Origin: a candidate division WOR-3 bacterium
Lineage (GTDB): Bacteria > Hydrothermota > Hydrothermia > JBDRYB01
Assembly (NCBI GenBank): GCA_049969615.1
Contig: JBMFOM010000003.1
Span: forward strand, 1-46,218
Direction: 5' to 3'
DNA: 46,218 nucleotides
Of this stretch, positions 18,413 to 27,945 are shown piece after piece. Under the pieces are notes generated by a model, which was not told the origin of the DNA, ran no database searches, and saw only the letters and a list, made by a program, of their open reading frames with translations. Numbering within the stretch: the stretch's first letter is position 1; every line of letters starts with the position of its first letter. The position numbers and the translations under genes were made by a program.

Positions 18413-19192
18413 ATGAAGAGGTTTCTGGGAACGAGCATACTGGCGGGAATAGCGGCCGTGCTGGTCGCTGGGTGTGATAAGAAGATTGACTACACCAAGG
18501 CCAAGATAGAGGATATATACAGACCATACCAGATAAAGAGCGGCATAGTCAAGTATGAGTATGGCGGAGATCTGGAGGGCATCCAGGAGCTATACTTTGA
18601 TGACTATGGCTGGAAGCAGATCATCTACTACGAGAAGACGCCGGTCCACGGTTCCAAAATAACCATGAAGGGTCTGGACATCATAATGCCCGACTACATT
18701 ATATCCATCAACATGAACAAGATGGAAGGCTCAAAACGCCCGAATGTGATGTTCCTGACCCTGAGACAGATATGGGACATGACCCCGGCTAATGACCGGA
18801 CGACCCTCGGCCCCAAGGTTGAGAAGTTCTCAAAGCAGATGAATCTGGGGCTCGCTTACAGGGACTACCTTGTCAACATGACCGAGGAATCCGGCGTCCG
18901 TAAGACCGTCGCTGGCAAAAAGTGCGAGGTCTATAAGCTCATGAACGGCGACATGAGGCTTTTTGTCTGGAAGAACCTGGTTCTGGGGACAGAATTCCTC
19001 TCTCCTGGAGGCCAGACCATAACCATGGAGGCCACTGAGTTCAAGGACAATGCTCCCATTCCGCCAGAGAAATATAATGTTCCGGCCGGCGTTACCATCA
19101 AGGAATACACGATGGACTCCCTGTATGTGAGGAACGAGCGCATATTCATAAACCAACTGCTTTCACACTATCTAGGTCTGTCCGAGTTCTAG
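18413..19192 (+). CDS. Hypothetical lipoprotein
   Basis: Lipobox LVAG-C; KTVAGKKCEVY motif reminiscent of DUF4412-like proteins; GAGGAGG RBS. Confidence 0.7.
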   Translation: MKRFLGTSILAGIAAVLVAGCDKKIDYTKAKIEDIYRPYQIKSGIVKYEYGGDLEGIQELYFDDYGWKQIIYYEKTPVHGSKITMKGLDIIMPDYIISINMNKMEGSKRPNVMFLTLRQIWDMTPANDRTTLGPKVEKFSKQMNLGLAYRDYLVNMTEESGVRKTVAGKKCEVYKLMNGDMRLFVWKNLVLGTEFLSPGGQTITMEATEFKDNAPIPPEKYNVPAGVTIKEYTMDSLYVRNERIFINQLLSHYLGLSEF

Positions 19193-19231
19193 GACAAACG
19201 GTTTTTGGGCGAGCCCGGAAGTCGGATGTCT

Positions 19232-19633
19232 CTATACCGAATATTTCTCCAGTAGTCCCAGGCACTCGGACGAATCTGATACCGTGTCCAGGGACTCCCT
19301 CACCTCTTTATCGGTCATTATCCTGGCAACCCGCGCCAAGGCAATAAGGTGCGCGTCGGGGTCCTCTTTCGGCGATATGACCAGGAACACATATCTGACT
19401 TCTGCTCCATCATCCTTAAAGGGTTTTACGGGCCTCATGAACCCCAGTATTGGCAGATCAACCCAGTCCCTGGCGTGCAGGATGCTGACCCCACCGCCTA
19501 TGAATGTCGCAATGAGGTCTTCCGGGGAGGTCTTTACCCTCATGCCGGAGAGAAGGAGCCTCCCGGCCTCATCAAGGTCATTGACCCCTTTGTCCAAAAC
19601 AGCAAGGGCTGGTTTGAAGACCCTTTTCTCCAT
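19232..19633 (-). CDS. PTS EIIA type-2 (PtsN-like) domain protein
   Basis: GGGVSILHAR (phosphorylatable His), VRYVFLVISP, HLIALARVAR. Confidence 0.75.
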   Translation of the reverse strand: MEKRVFKPALAVLDKGVNDLDEAGRLLLSGMRVKTSPEDLIATFIGGGVSILHARDWVDLPILGFMRPVKPFKDDGAEVRYVFLVISPKEDPDAHLIALARVARIMTDKEVRESLDTVSDSSECLGLLEKYSV

Positions 19634-19638
19634 TATTT

Positions 19639-20190
19639 TTACCTCGTTCTTATTTCCAACCTTCGGTTCTGGGACCTACCTTCTGGTGTAACGTTGGACG
19701 CTATTGGCCTTGTCGGGCCATAAGATACAGCAGTCAGGATAGAATCCGGTAGTCCTTTGCTCGCGAGAAAACGCACCACCGTTCCGGCCCTGGCCCCTGC
19801 CAGCTCCCAGTTGCTCGGATATTTGTCGGTGTTTGTGACAACCGGGGAAGCGTCTGTGTAGCAGGCAACGATTATCTCGGAGTAGCCTTCCTTTTTGAGA
19901 TTGGTCGCCAGCTCCTCAAGGGTGGATTTGCCTTCCGGCGACAGCTCGGCTGACCCCGGCATGAAGAGCCTATCTGTCGGATAGACGATCCGTGGCCCTT
20001 CCTGTTTTATGGCCGCGTCCTGTATGCGTAATTCCTCCGGCGGTTTTTTCATTCCGAGGAGCCTTTCGTTCTCACCCTCAAGGTCCCTGAGCGCGGCCAC
20101 GGCTGGGGTGTATAGAAAAGCATACAGATATATACCGACCCCGGCCAAAAGAACCGAGAGAAAGAACAGAAACCAGGTTGCTACTCTCAT
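19639..20190 (-). CDS. OmpA/MotB-family peptidoglycan-binding membrane protein
   Basis: N-terminal TM; LFMPGSAEL, YTD, NWELAGARA, SYGPTRP, NRRLEI. Confidence 0.85.
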   Translation of the reverse strand: MRVATWFLFFLSVLLAGVGIYLYAFLYTPAVAALRDLEGENERLLGMKKPPEELRIQDAAIKQEGPRIVYPTDRLFMPGSAELSPEGKSTLEELATNLKKEGYSEIIVACYTDASPVVTNTDKYPSNWELAGARAGTVVRFLASKGLPDSILTAVSYGPTRPIASNVTPEGRSQNRRLEIRTR

Positions 20191-20444
20191 TTGGCTATCT
20201 CCATGAGCTTTTCGGGCGTGATGCCAGTGAGCTCCACTACCTTTGACCTGGAACGTTTTCCCGATGTTATCGTTATCTCCTTTGGCGAGAGCCCGAATTC
20301 CCTTGCCAGGAAACGAATCAGGGCTTCGTTGGCCTCTCCCTCCTTGGGCCTCGCGCTTATCGCGACCCTTATGGTCCCATCCTCCTCAACCCCCAGGAAA
20401 CCATTTCTGGGTGCGCCGGCCTTAACCCTGAGTTTCACCTTCAT
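20187..20444 (-). CDS. DUF167/YggU-family protein
   Basis: LRVKAGA, ARPKEGEANEALIRFLA, SGKRSRSKVV. Confidence 0.9.
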   Translation of the reverse strand: MKVKLRVKAGAPRNGFLGVEEDGTIRVAISARPKEGEANEALIRFLAREFGLSPKEITITSGKRSRSKVVELTGITPEKLMEIAK

Positions 20445-20445
20445 T

Positions 20446-22941
20446 TCACCCGCCCATCTTTTGTTTTGCCCTGGCCATGTTCTTCTTGGCCTTGGAGTGA
20501 TTCGGGTCCACCTCTAGGACCTTTGTCCAATAATAGACAGCAGTCTCGTAATCCTCCTTGACATATGCTTCCACACCCTTCAGATACAAAGCGTTGATCT
20601 CGTCCTCAGAGATACTGGGCTTTGTTGAAGCGGACCTTGCCTCGGCTATCTTGGAGAGATAGGTGTTGGCCTCTGATAGCGAGGGGTCCAGTTTCAGGGC
20701 GGCCCTCAGCTTTGCTTCAGCCTCATCATATTTCTTGAGGCCGTAGAGCTCCTTGCCCTCGTTGAGTCGTTCCCTCGCAGTTTGTTTTATCTTTGCCTGG
20801 GCGTCCTCTTTGCCGGAAGCGGCCTCCGCATTACCCGGTTCCAGCTTCAGGGCCTGGTTGAACTTTGAGAGGGCCGCGGTGTATTGGCCCTTGGACATGA
20901 GTGTCTTTCCCTCAGCCACCAGGTCCTTGGCATCTCCCTGTTTCTTGCCTTGGGCCTTAGCGATGTAGTCCTTCGCGGCTTTGTTGTTGGGGTCTATTTC
21001 CAGAGCCTTGTTCCACATGGTTATTGCACCGTCAACATCACCCTCAGCATACAGGGCTACTCCCTGCGATATATAACCTGAGACGCTGGCTTGCGTGCTC
21101 GTGCCCTGTTCCAGGAGGGCATTGAACGCCATATCATACCATTTTCTGGCGTTTTCGGATTTCGGGTCTGCCTTCAGGGCTTTGTCAAACTCTACCAGCG
21201 CGTCAAGATACCTTCCGTCGTTATAGAAGCCGATGCCCTTCTCTAGGGATTTTTTGGTTTGATATGTTCCTGCCTCGGCCTTGTAGCGGTCATAGAGGTC
21301 CTTGACCTGCGGGTTCTCCGGGTCCCACACCCCCGCTATGTCAAGGTAGCGAAGAGCTTCCTCATATTCGCCGCTTTTGGCTTTATCCTGGGCCATGCTG
21401 ACGAACGCGGCCGCGGTTGCCTTTGATTTCTCATCCCCGGCAATGGCCTCTGATGATTGGCCCTCTGGAATAAGCTCTATGTCCTTCACAACTGGCTCGC
21501 CGGGCTTTACGGCCACGACCTCAACCGATGTCTTGTATCCCCTGGCCTTCACCGAGAGGGTGTAAAGCCCGACATCCACATCCGGAACCCTAAAGAGACC
21601 CGTGGAAGGGCTGGTAGAAGTTGCAGGGAGGTTTAGGTCAACGAACTCAATCGTCGCGGCAAGTGGTTCACCTGTCTTTTTATCCACCACCTTGCCCGCT
21701 ATTACTCCCTTGTTTGGCAATCCGGCTGAACCCGCCTGAGGTGACAAGAAAACATTCTTGTATGTGATCTGATCTTTTGCCACAATAATGCTTTCCGTGT
21801 AGAGATCGCATCCGGGTGCCTCTACCACAAGGGTAACCTTCCCCTCTGGAACGCCCTCAATCCGAAATACCCCCGCTTCGTCCGTTGGTTGGCGATTGAT
21901 CTTTGCCTCTGGCAAGGATACCAGTGCCTTTGCGGGTTGGTTGGTGGATTTGTCAAAAACGGTTCCCCAAACTATGCCCGTGGCTGGTTTCGTCTCCTTT
22001 GGTTTGTGGGTGTAAGCGTAGGAAACCCCGGCCCAAACTGACCAGTCAGGGGTCCAGGAGGGTAGCCAGAAATCCGGCCTAGCGATGTTGTCCAGACAGC
22101 CCTCCCTGCCCCTCTGCCAGAAATCAATGCCAAAGAAAACCCCAGCGCCTCCATGCGATTCCGTGCGGAGTCCTATTGTCCAGTAGGCTGGTGCGTTCCC
22201 GTGCCTTCTGTATTCGTCGGAAATGAAGCTCGTTGAGTAATATTCCACGAATGGCTCATAATTCCCAGTCCTTATGTCCAGTGAGAAACCCCACTCAAAT
22301 GTGTTATCGGTTGGGTCTCCGTTCCTGTTGGAGCCGAACCCCAAGTTCAAGGTGAACGCGAACAGGTCCAATGGCACATAGGTCAGTAGCGCGCCCCAAT
22401 ATGAAGAATTTGAGCCATAGCCCAGCAGTCTCCATACGCCGCCCTTGTATGTTACACCGATGCTGGAGGTGTCCGTGGCCTGCTCGGCCGGATCCCACTC
22501 GCCCGGCGCTATCGGGAGTGAGTATCTGAACAGAATGGCGCCGGCACCAGGAAAATCAAAAAGACTGAACGGATATGAGAACTTGTTGTTGATGAAAATA
22601 TCGCCCAGGGAGGTTGACATGTGGGCGTTAACATCTCGGCCGAATTTGCCGTTCCAGAGGTCGTTTCTGAGAGGGGCCGCCACGCTGGTCTCGTAATAGC
22701 GCCAGCTGAAACCCATTCCGATCCAGAGTTCGTTAGCCAGCCTAGATACCCCTTCGTATGTGGTGTCAGCTATGTATCCGACGCTGTCTTCGCCGTATCT
22801 CTTCCAGTTGATGTTCAGCGACGGGATTATCATAGTAAGGGTTGGAAGGAACCTGGTGTCAGCCGAGACAACCCTCTGCGTTCCCGATAAACACTGGGAA
22901 TTCAAACCGCTGACGAGTGCAAAAACTAAACCATATTCCAT
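20446..22941 (-). CDS. Secreted/outer-membrane protein: beta-rich N-domain, two carboxypeptidase-regulatory-like domains, TPR array
   Basis: Aromatic beta-strand N-terminus; G.V.DK.T.EP..A repeats (two); about 6 TPR motifs (ALxxDP). Confidence 0.75.
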   Translation of the reverse strand: MEYGLVFALVSGLNSQCLSGTQRVVSADTRFLPTLTMIIPSLNINWKRYGEDSVGYIADTTYEGVSRLANELWIGMGFSWRYYETSVAAPLRNDLWNGKFGRDVNAHMSTSLGDIFINNKFSYPFSLFDFPGAGAILFRYSLPIAPGEWDPAEQATDTSSIGVTYKGGVWRLLGYGSNSSYWGALLTYVPLDLFAFTLNLGFGSNRNGDPTDNTFEWGFSLDIRTGNYEPFVEYYSTSFISDEYRRHGNAPAYWTIGLRTESHGGAGVFFGIDFWQRGREGCLDNIARPDFWLPSWTPDWSVWAGVSYAYTHKPKETKPATGIVWGTVFDKSTNQPAKALVSLPEAKINRQPTDEAGVFRIEGVPEGKVTLVVEAPGCDLYTESIIVAKDQITYKNVFLSPQAGSAGLPNKGVIAGKVVDKKTGEPLAATIEFVDLNLPATSTSPSTGLFRVPDVDVGLYTLSVKARGYKTSVEVVAVKPGEPVVKDIELIPEGQSSEAIAGDEKSKATAAAFVSMAQDKAKSGEYEEALRYLDIAGVWDPENPQVKDLYDRYKAEAGTYQTKKSLEKGIGFYNDGRYLDALVEFDKALKADPKSENARKWYDMAFNALLEQGTSTQASVSGYISQGVALYAEGDVDGAITMWNKALEIDPNNKAAKDYIAKAQGKKQGDAKDLVAEGKTLMSKGQYTAALSKFNQALKLEPGNAEAASGKEDAQAKIKQTARERLNEGKELYGLKKYDEAEAKLRAALKLDPSLSEANTYLSKIAEARSASTKPSISEDEINALYLKGVEAYVKEDYETAVYYWTKVLEVDPNHSKAKKNMARAKQKMGG

Positions 22942-23107
22942 AATAACCTCCTTCTGTTTCTATATGTTAAAGCAGAAACATCTCCTTTTGCAACCCCGCC
23001 CGGTTAACCCATCTAGGCCTTATGCAAGTTAGGGCAAAGGTTCGGCGGTCTCAGAGCAAAAATTGATCTTCTCAAGCTATGACAATGGCCACTGCCATTC
23101 CAAGATA

Positions 23108-23284
23108 GACACCCCTGAAAAATCCTGGTTTGCCCTTGGTCCATATCCGGGAGCTTCATCATAGCTAGAGAAGAACCCAAGGGAAATTCCCTCGTGGCGG
23201 GATTTTTCAGGGACCCTCTGAGAACCCTGTTCTTTTGGACAAAACGTTCCTGGCTCAAGCCAGTAAGTTATTACTGGTTTATCA
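23108..23284 (+). repeat. Copy B of MITE-like repeat (right end degenerate)
   Basis: gacacccctgaaaaatcctggtttgcccttggtccatatccg...ttggacaaaacgttcctggctcaagccagtaagttattac; colinear with 40702-40886. Confidence 0.9.
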
Positions 23285-23508
23285 ACCCTCCAACGGGCAA
23301 AGGGCCATGGAGCCGGGTGAGGTGGCAGTTGATCTAAGGGGCAACATGGCCACAGAGGTCTCAGCCAAAGGCTCACCCGGTTCTCCGACCACATATTCCT
23401 ATGTGCTTTCCTAGGGGAAGAAATTATAAAGGCCGGGTAAGATGATATACAGGAGGCCAGAAAATCCGGCATAGACCTTGATTTGGATTGAAGGGCCGGT
23501 GCAACTGC

Positions 23509-24807
23509 CTATTGGGTTGAGTCAGGATAAGACAGGCCCCAGACCCAGTCTTCAAGATAAACGAGCGCAAAGCCCTTTCCCTCAATTTCTCCCATCTGTT
23601 TTCCAACATGAGCAAATGGCCCAACCAGGTATTTCGGCCTCCTCTCCAGCAAAAGATCCGCAAGGCCATACTTTTTCTGGAGATACGGAATAACGGTCTG
23701 ATCAACAACCCCATCAATGGAAAGAACCCTGCAGCCGGAAAGCCACCTTACCTGGACTTCTTGAGCCGCGATAAGGGCATCAGGATCACGGGCCATGATC
23801 CAATCCCCGGCCTTCTTGAGCCTGAGGTTATCATCCCTGTTTTTCAAAGCCCTCTCGTGTCTGAGCCAGTAACCACCAGCCACGAGAGGAAACATGATGA
23901 GGACTAGGAGCCATTTCCTCTTCCACCAGCCGATGACCCCGAGAACAACTACCAGGGGCGCCACCGGGAGGAGATACCTCATGCCCATCGTGTCCGGCAT
24001 TATGAATGTGAATGCCAGAAAATAAGCCCCAATTACGACCATGGGAAGGACACGGCGTCTTCGGAAAAGACCAACGATCAGCGGGAAGTGAAATCCAAAG
24101 AGGTGAAGCCCAGCCAGGAGGGACATGGGGCCGATGGAATAGACCAGCGCGTGGAAACGTCTGGAGAGCCAGGAGGCAGGAACTGGGTTGCCTGTGTGAA
24201 AATAAAGGAACCCGTGCCAGATCAACGCGGCCAGAACGGTAGGAAGGAGCAGGAGGTGGGCCTTTCTGGGCCTAGCGGCTGAGAGGATGAGTGCAAGAAG
24301 AGCGGATTCCGGACGAACCAGGTATGCCACGCCCAGAACAAGTCCGGCTGGGACGTATCTGCTACGGGAGAACAAGATGAAGCCAGAAATAAAAAGCACA
24401 ACCGCCAACGATGTCTCCATTCCCGACGCGGCCCAGAATCCAGCGTATGGATGCACGGCCCAAATCAGCGAGGCCGTGATAGCATCGCGCTCGTTCCCGC
24501 CGAGATCCATGGCGAGGAGGCGAACCAGAAAAACGCTCAGCGCGAAAAGGGCAATGCCCATGGCCTTCGCACCCAGATCAAGAAACCCATGCCCTAGGAG
24601 GGCATAAAGCCCGCCAAGAATGAGGCTCCAGAGAGGAGCGGTTGAACCGCTTGATGGCTCTCCGGGGTTAAAATAAAAGAAATAGCCCCTGGTAATGTTC
24701 TCCGCGAATACATAGTGAATGAGCGCGTCGCCGTGTATCTGCACCGCAAAGGGCAGCGAGAGCAGGGCCGCCAGAAATGCTAGGAAGAAGAACCATACCT
24801 TCTTCAC
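23509..24807 (-). CDS. GT-C-fold membrane glycosyltransferase-like protein
   Basis: GDALIHYVFAEN, FNPGEPSSGSTAPLW, SGMETSL, RPE, MRYLLP; likely GTG start at 24807, 6 nt after TATAAT. Confidence 0.7.
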   Translation of the reverse strand: MKKVWFFFLAFLAALLSLPFAVQIHGDALIHYVFAENITRGYFFYFNPGEPSSGSTAPLWSLILGGLYALLGHGFLDLGAKAMGIALFALSVFLVRLLAMDLGGNERDAITASLIWAVHPYAGFWAASGMETSLAVVLFISGFILFSRSRYVPAGLVLGVAYLVRPESALLALILSAARPRKAHLLLLPTVLAALIWHGFLYFHTGNPVPASWLSRRFHALVYSIGPMSLLAGLHLFGFHFPLIVGLFRRRRVLPMVVIGAYFLAFTFIMPDTMGMRYLLPVAPLVVVLGVIGWWKRKWLLVLIMFPLVAGGYWLRHERALKNRDDNLRLKKAGDWIMARDPDALIAAQEVQVRWLSGCRVLSIDGVVDQTVIPYLQKKYGLADLLLERRPKYLVGPFAHVGKQMGEIEGKGFALVYLEDWVWGLSYPDSTQ

Positions 24808-24871
24808 GCCGATATTATATTCCCTGGCCACAGGCCGGTTTCACTATGTTTGGGCCTAGCGACCCCGCGTT

Positions 24872-24900
24872 TTGATCCCCCCTTAAGGAAGGTGTATAAT
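24872..24900 (+). promoter_or_regulatory. Promoter TTGATC-17-TATAAT
   Basis: TTGATC 24872-24877, TATAAT 24895-24900, ATG 24911 without an SD. Confidence 0.65.
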
Positions 24901-24910
24901 ATTCGGGCCT

Positions 24911-27028
24911 ATGGTCGCATTGCTTTTAGTAACAATAGGTTACGAGGTTAGGGGAACGGTCGTGGACACGGCCGGCAAACCGGTTCCGGGCGCGGCGGTA
25001 TGGGCAGAAGGCGGGCCTGGAACCTACACGATGAGCGACGGCTCCTTCAAGTTGAATGTGCCGGAGGGCGTGAAGACCATCCGCGCAAAGGCCCTGGGTT
25101 TCACGGAAGCTACTGCCACGGTTTATCCGGATGAGCCTGCTGAACTCGTTCTCACTCCAAAAGCCATCACGTCAAGGGAGATAGTCACCACCGCGTCCGC
25201 TAGGCCCGTGCTCCTGGCGGAGACCCCGGTATCGGTGAAATCCGTGAAGGACGCTGACATGATCCGAGTTGGCGGATTCCCCAGGGTGGAGGAAGCCCTG
25301 AAGACCGTGCCGAGCACATACCCCATAGGTTCTGACCCCATCACTCAGGTGGTCTCGGTCAGAGGGATGGCAAGGGGCAGGTCAATTCTCCTTCTGGAAG
25401 GGATGCGTCTGGTGGATGACCGTGATGTGGGCCCAACCTATTTTGTTCACCCCGGCCTGCTCTCCTCAACCGAGGTCCTTTTGGGGCCATCATCCCTCCT
25501 TTATGGCTCGGGCGCGATAGGCGGTGTTGTAGCGTCCTCCTTTGCTGACGAGACCAGGTATGGTGTGTCCTACAACACAGTCAACAAGTGCCCGGAGGCC
25601 TGGGGAATGTTCTCCACGGATATGTTCGGTCTGGGGTTTTGGGGAATTGAGGCCCAGGATTACATGAGTCCTGACACCCTCGGAGCGGACACCACCATAC
25701 GCAACTCGGCCTTCAGGACAAAAGGGGCATACACTAGGCTGAGCTATGGCGGTCTATCCCTTGAATACATATTCGCCCACGGCATGGACATAGGGAGGCC
25801 GAGAGATGATCCTAACAGGACAGCAAAATACAACAAGGACTACCACGACCTCCTCAGGCTCGGATACCAGGGCGTCGGCCTCGGAGTCAACTGGAATGCC
25901 TATGTCTGGGGGCATCAGAAATTCAGGGAGGCCCAGGTCATCAAGTTCAAGCCGTCAACCGGAGTAACCACGGATGAGATCACTTGGTACAACGGGACAG
26001 ACGCCGGCGCCACGGTTATGGGAACGGGATTTCTCGCATCCCACATCATTACCGGAGGTCTGTCCGGGTTCAGGAGGCAAGGCCTTGACATAATCATGCG
26101 AACAGTAAAGACGGATTCCCTGGGAACGGTAATTAGCGACACAACCGAATTCCCTACCGAGGACGCCAATTACACCGAGGCGGGCGTCTTTTTGATGGAC
26201 GAGTTCCCCGTTTGGGTCCTGAAGATAAGGACAGGGCTCAGGGGCGATTACCTGGCCTGGGGAGCGATGAACCAGGAATCCCAGAACAGGATGGCTATTG
26301 CCGGAGAGATGGGCATACTCATCCCAGTGCCAGGTGGATTTGAGATCATCGCCTCAGGCAGGCGCTCCTACAGGGCGCCGGAGCTCCGAGAGCTTTATTA
26401 TACCGGCGAAACACCGAGGGGATACCAGTATGCCAATCCGGACCTCTCTCCTGAGACGGGTCTTACCGGAGAGGGCGGTCTAAGATGGTCATCATCATGC
26501 ATATGGGCCGAGGCCGAGGTCTTCTACACCCACATTGACAGTGCCCTGATCAAAGAGGTTTATAACGATGGAGACTCCATAGTCTTCAAGAACACCGGAA
26601 AGGCCTTTGTGAAGGGGGTTGAGTTTGAAACGGGGTTCTCCATATACAACATAAACCTCTCGGTCTTCGGGTTCGGCCTGCAGGGAAGGGACATGGTCGC
26701 CCTTGAGCCCATGGCGGACATAGCCGCGCCCAGCTGGGGGACAACCCTGTCCTATCAAATCGGCTCCGTTTGGAAGATTGATAATATGATCCCATGGCTG
26801 AGGTTCCGTGGCCGGGCCGCGAAGGTTGACCCTGGCTCAGGCGAGGTCCCGAGAGAGGCCTTCTGGCTCCTTGATGGAGGACTTGACACCTATTTCCTGA
26901 ACAACAACATAGGCCTCAACCTCGCTGTCAACAACGCCCTGAATACCTTCTACTACGATAACGCTGATGAGAAGGCCGTTGCGTCGCCTGGCAGGAACAT
27001 AAGCCTGGGAATAAGCGGAAGGTTCTAA
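24911..27028 (+). CDS. TonB-dependent receptor with N-terminal carboxypeptidase-like domain
   Basis: EIVTTASA TonB-box-like segment, VSVRG, EVLLGPSSLLYGSGAIGGV plug, YRAPELRELY, NPDLSPE, C-terminal PGRNISLGISGRF. Confidence 0.92.
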   Translation: MVALLLVTIGYEVRGTVVDTAGKPVPGAAVWAEGGPGTYTMSDGSFKLNVPEGVKTIRAKALGFTEATATVYPDEPAELVLTPKAITSREIVTTASARPVLLAETPVSVKSVKDADMIRVGGFPRVEEALKTVPSTYPIGSDPITQVVSVRGMARGRSILLLEGMRLVDDRDVGPTYFVHPGLLSSTEVLLGPSSLLYGSGAIGGVVASSFADETRYGVSYNTVNKCPEAWGMFSTDMFGLGFWGIEAQDYMSPDTLGADTTIRNSAFRTKGAYTRLSYGGLSLEYIFAHGMDIGRPRDDPNRTAKYNKDYHDLLRLGYQGVGLGVNWNAYVWGHQKFREAQVIKFKPSTGVTTDEITWYNGTDAGATVMGTGFLASHIITGGLSGFRRQGLDIIMRTVKTDSLGTVISDTTEFPTEDANYTEAGVFLMDEFPVWVLKIRTGLRGDYLAWGAMNQESQNRMAIAGEMGILIPVPGGFEIIASGRRSYRAPELRELYYTGETPRGYQYANPDLSPETGLTGEGGLRWSSSCIWAEAEVFYTHIDSALIKEVYNDGDSIVFKNTGKAFVKGVEFETGFSIYNINLSVFGFGLQGRDMVALEPMADIAAPSWGTTLSYQIGSVWKIDNMIPWLRFRGRAAKVDPGSGEVPREAFWLLDGGLDTYFLNNNIGLNLAVNNALNTFYYDNADEKAVASPGRNISLGISGRF

Positions 27029-27034
27029 ATAGAG

Positions 27035-27105
27035 GAAACCTGTTCTCTTGGACAAAACGTTCCTGGCTCAAACCAGTAAGTTATTACTACTTTATCAGAG
27101 GTCTC
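27035..27105 (+). repeat. Copy C: 71-bp right module of the MITE-like repeat
   Basis: gaaacctgttctcttggacaaaacgttcctggctcaaaccagtaagttattactactttatcagaggtctc, near-identical to 40816-40886; TAGAG on both flanks. Confidence 0.9.
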
Positions 27106-27112
27106 TAGAGAA

Positions 27113-27883
27113 TTGCTAAAAGACGAAAAACAGACCATCACAGCCTGGGAGCTGAGGGTTTCCTACGGTAAGGCCGAGATCCTCCGGGGAATATCCTTTT
27201 CCGCGAGAGCGGGGGAGTTCTGGGGGATAATCGGACCGAACGCCTCGGGAAAAACAACCCTTCTCCGGTGTTTCGCTGGAACGCTGAAGCCACTGTCCGG
27301 GCAGGTTGTATTGCAGGGCAAACCCAGGGAATCCCTGAAACCCAGAGAATTCGCCGGCCAATGCTCCCTGCTCCTTGACGAAATGGTCCCGGGGCCAATG
27401 CCGGTTATTGACTATGTGCTCCTCGCGAGGTCTTTGCTAAAACCGCCATTCTCGCCCATCAGTAGCCAGGACAGGGACAAGGCCGAGGCGGCGCTCCAGG
27501 CCGTTGAGCTCTGGGATGAGAGGAATACGCCTCTTGAGAATCTGAGCCAGGGTCAATTGCTGATGGCCAGGATAGCAAGGGTCATCGCGCAGGACGCGCC
27601 AGTGCTCCTTCTGGATGAACCGACCGCACACCTTGATCCCAGGCACGCGTTCAGGATCATGGGCCTCCTGGCCCAGCTGGCAAGGGAAGGCAAAACCGTT
27701 CTGGCCGTTCTGCACGACCTCTCTCTGGCGACAAGATACACGGATCACATCCTGGTCATCAAGGACGGGGTCGCGGCCGCGGGGGGCTTGACCGGGGAAG
27801 TCCTCACGCCTGAGCTCATAAGGGAGGTTTTCGGGGTGCAGGCAAGGAGAAGGGACGGGGGGATTGAGCTCTACCCGGAGTAA
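27113..27883 (+). CDS. Iron-siderophore/cobalamin-type ABC transporter ATP-binding protein
   Basis: Walker A GPNASGKT, signature LSQGQ, LLLDEPTAHLD, VLHDL. Confidence 0.9.
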   Translation: MLKDEKQTITAWELRVSYGKAEILRGISFSARAGEFWGIIGPNASGKTTLLRCFAGTLKPLSGQVVLQGKPRESLKPREFAGQCSLLLDEMVPGPMPVIDYVLLARSLLKPPFSPISSQDRDKAEAALQAVELWDERNTPLENLSQGQLLMARIARVIAQDAPVLLLDEPTAHLDPRHAFRIMGLLAQLAREGKTVLAVLHDLSLATRYTDHILVIKDGVAAAGGLTGEVLTPELIREVFGVQARRRDGGIELYPE

Positions 27884-27945
27884 AACCTTGATCATCCACG
27901 GGTTTTCGGTTATTATATAGGCCTAGACGTAAGGAGGTTTTTAGC

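Noticed and set aside
19639-20190. Flagellar stator motB
   Set aside because: No TM Asp, no motA and no flagellar genes.
23309-23386. TPP riboswitch (GAGCC-TTT-GGCTGAGA on the - strand)
   Set aside because: The downstream CCUGAUC / UAAUGC / GCG-AGG core is absent and no thiamine gene follows.
23013-23472. ORFs 23013-23258 and 23077-23472 (also 66-263, 68-292, 40586-40810, 44560-44814)
   Set aside because: They overlap the non-coding repeat; their mutual peptide similarity only reflects the DNA repeat, and frames are not conserved between copies.
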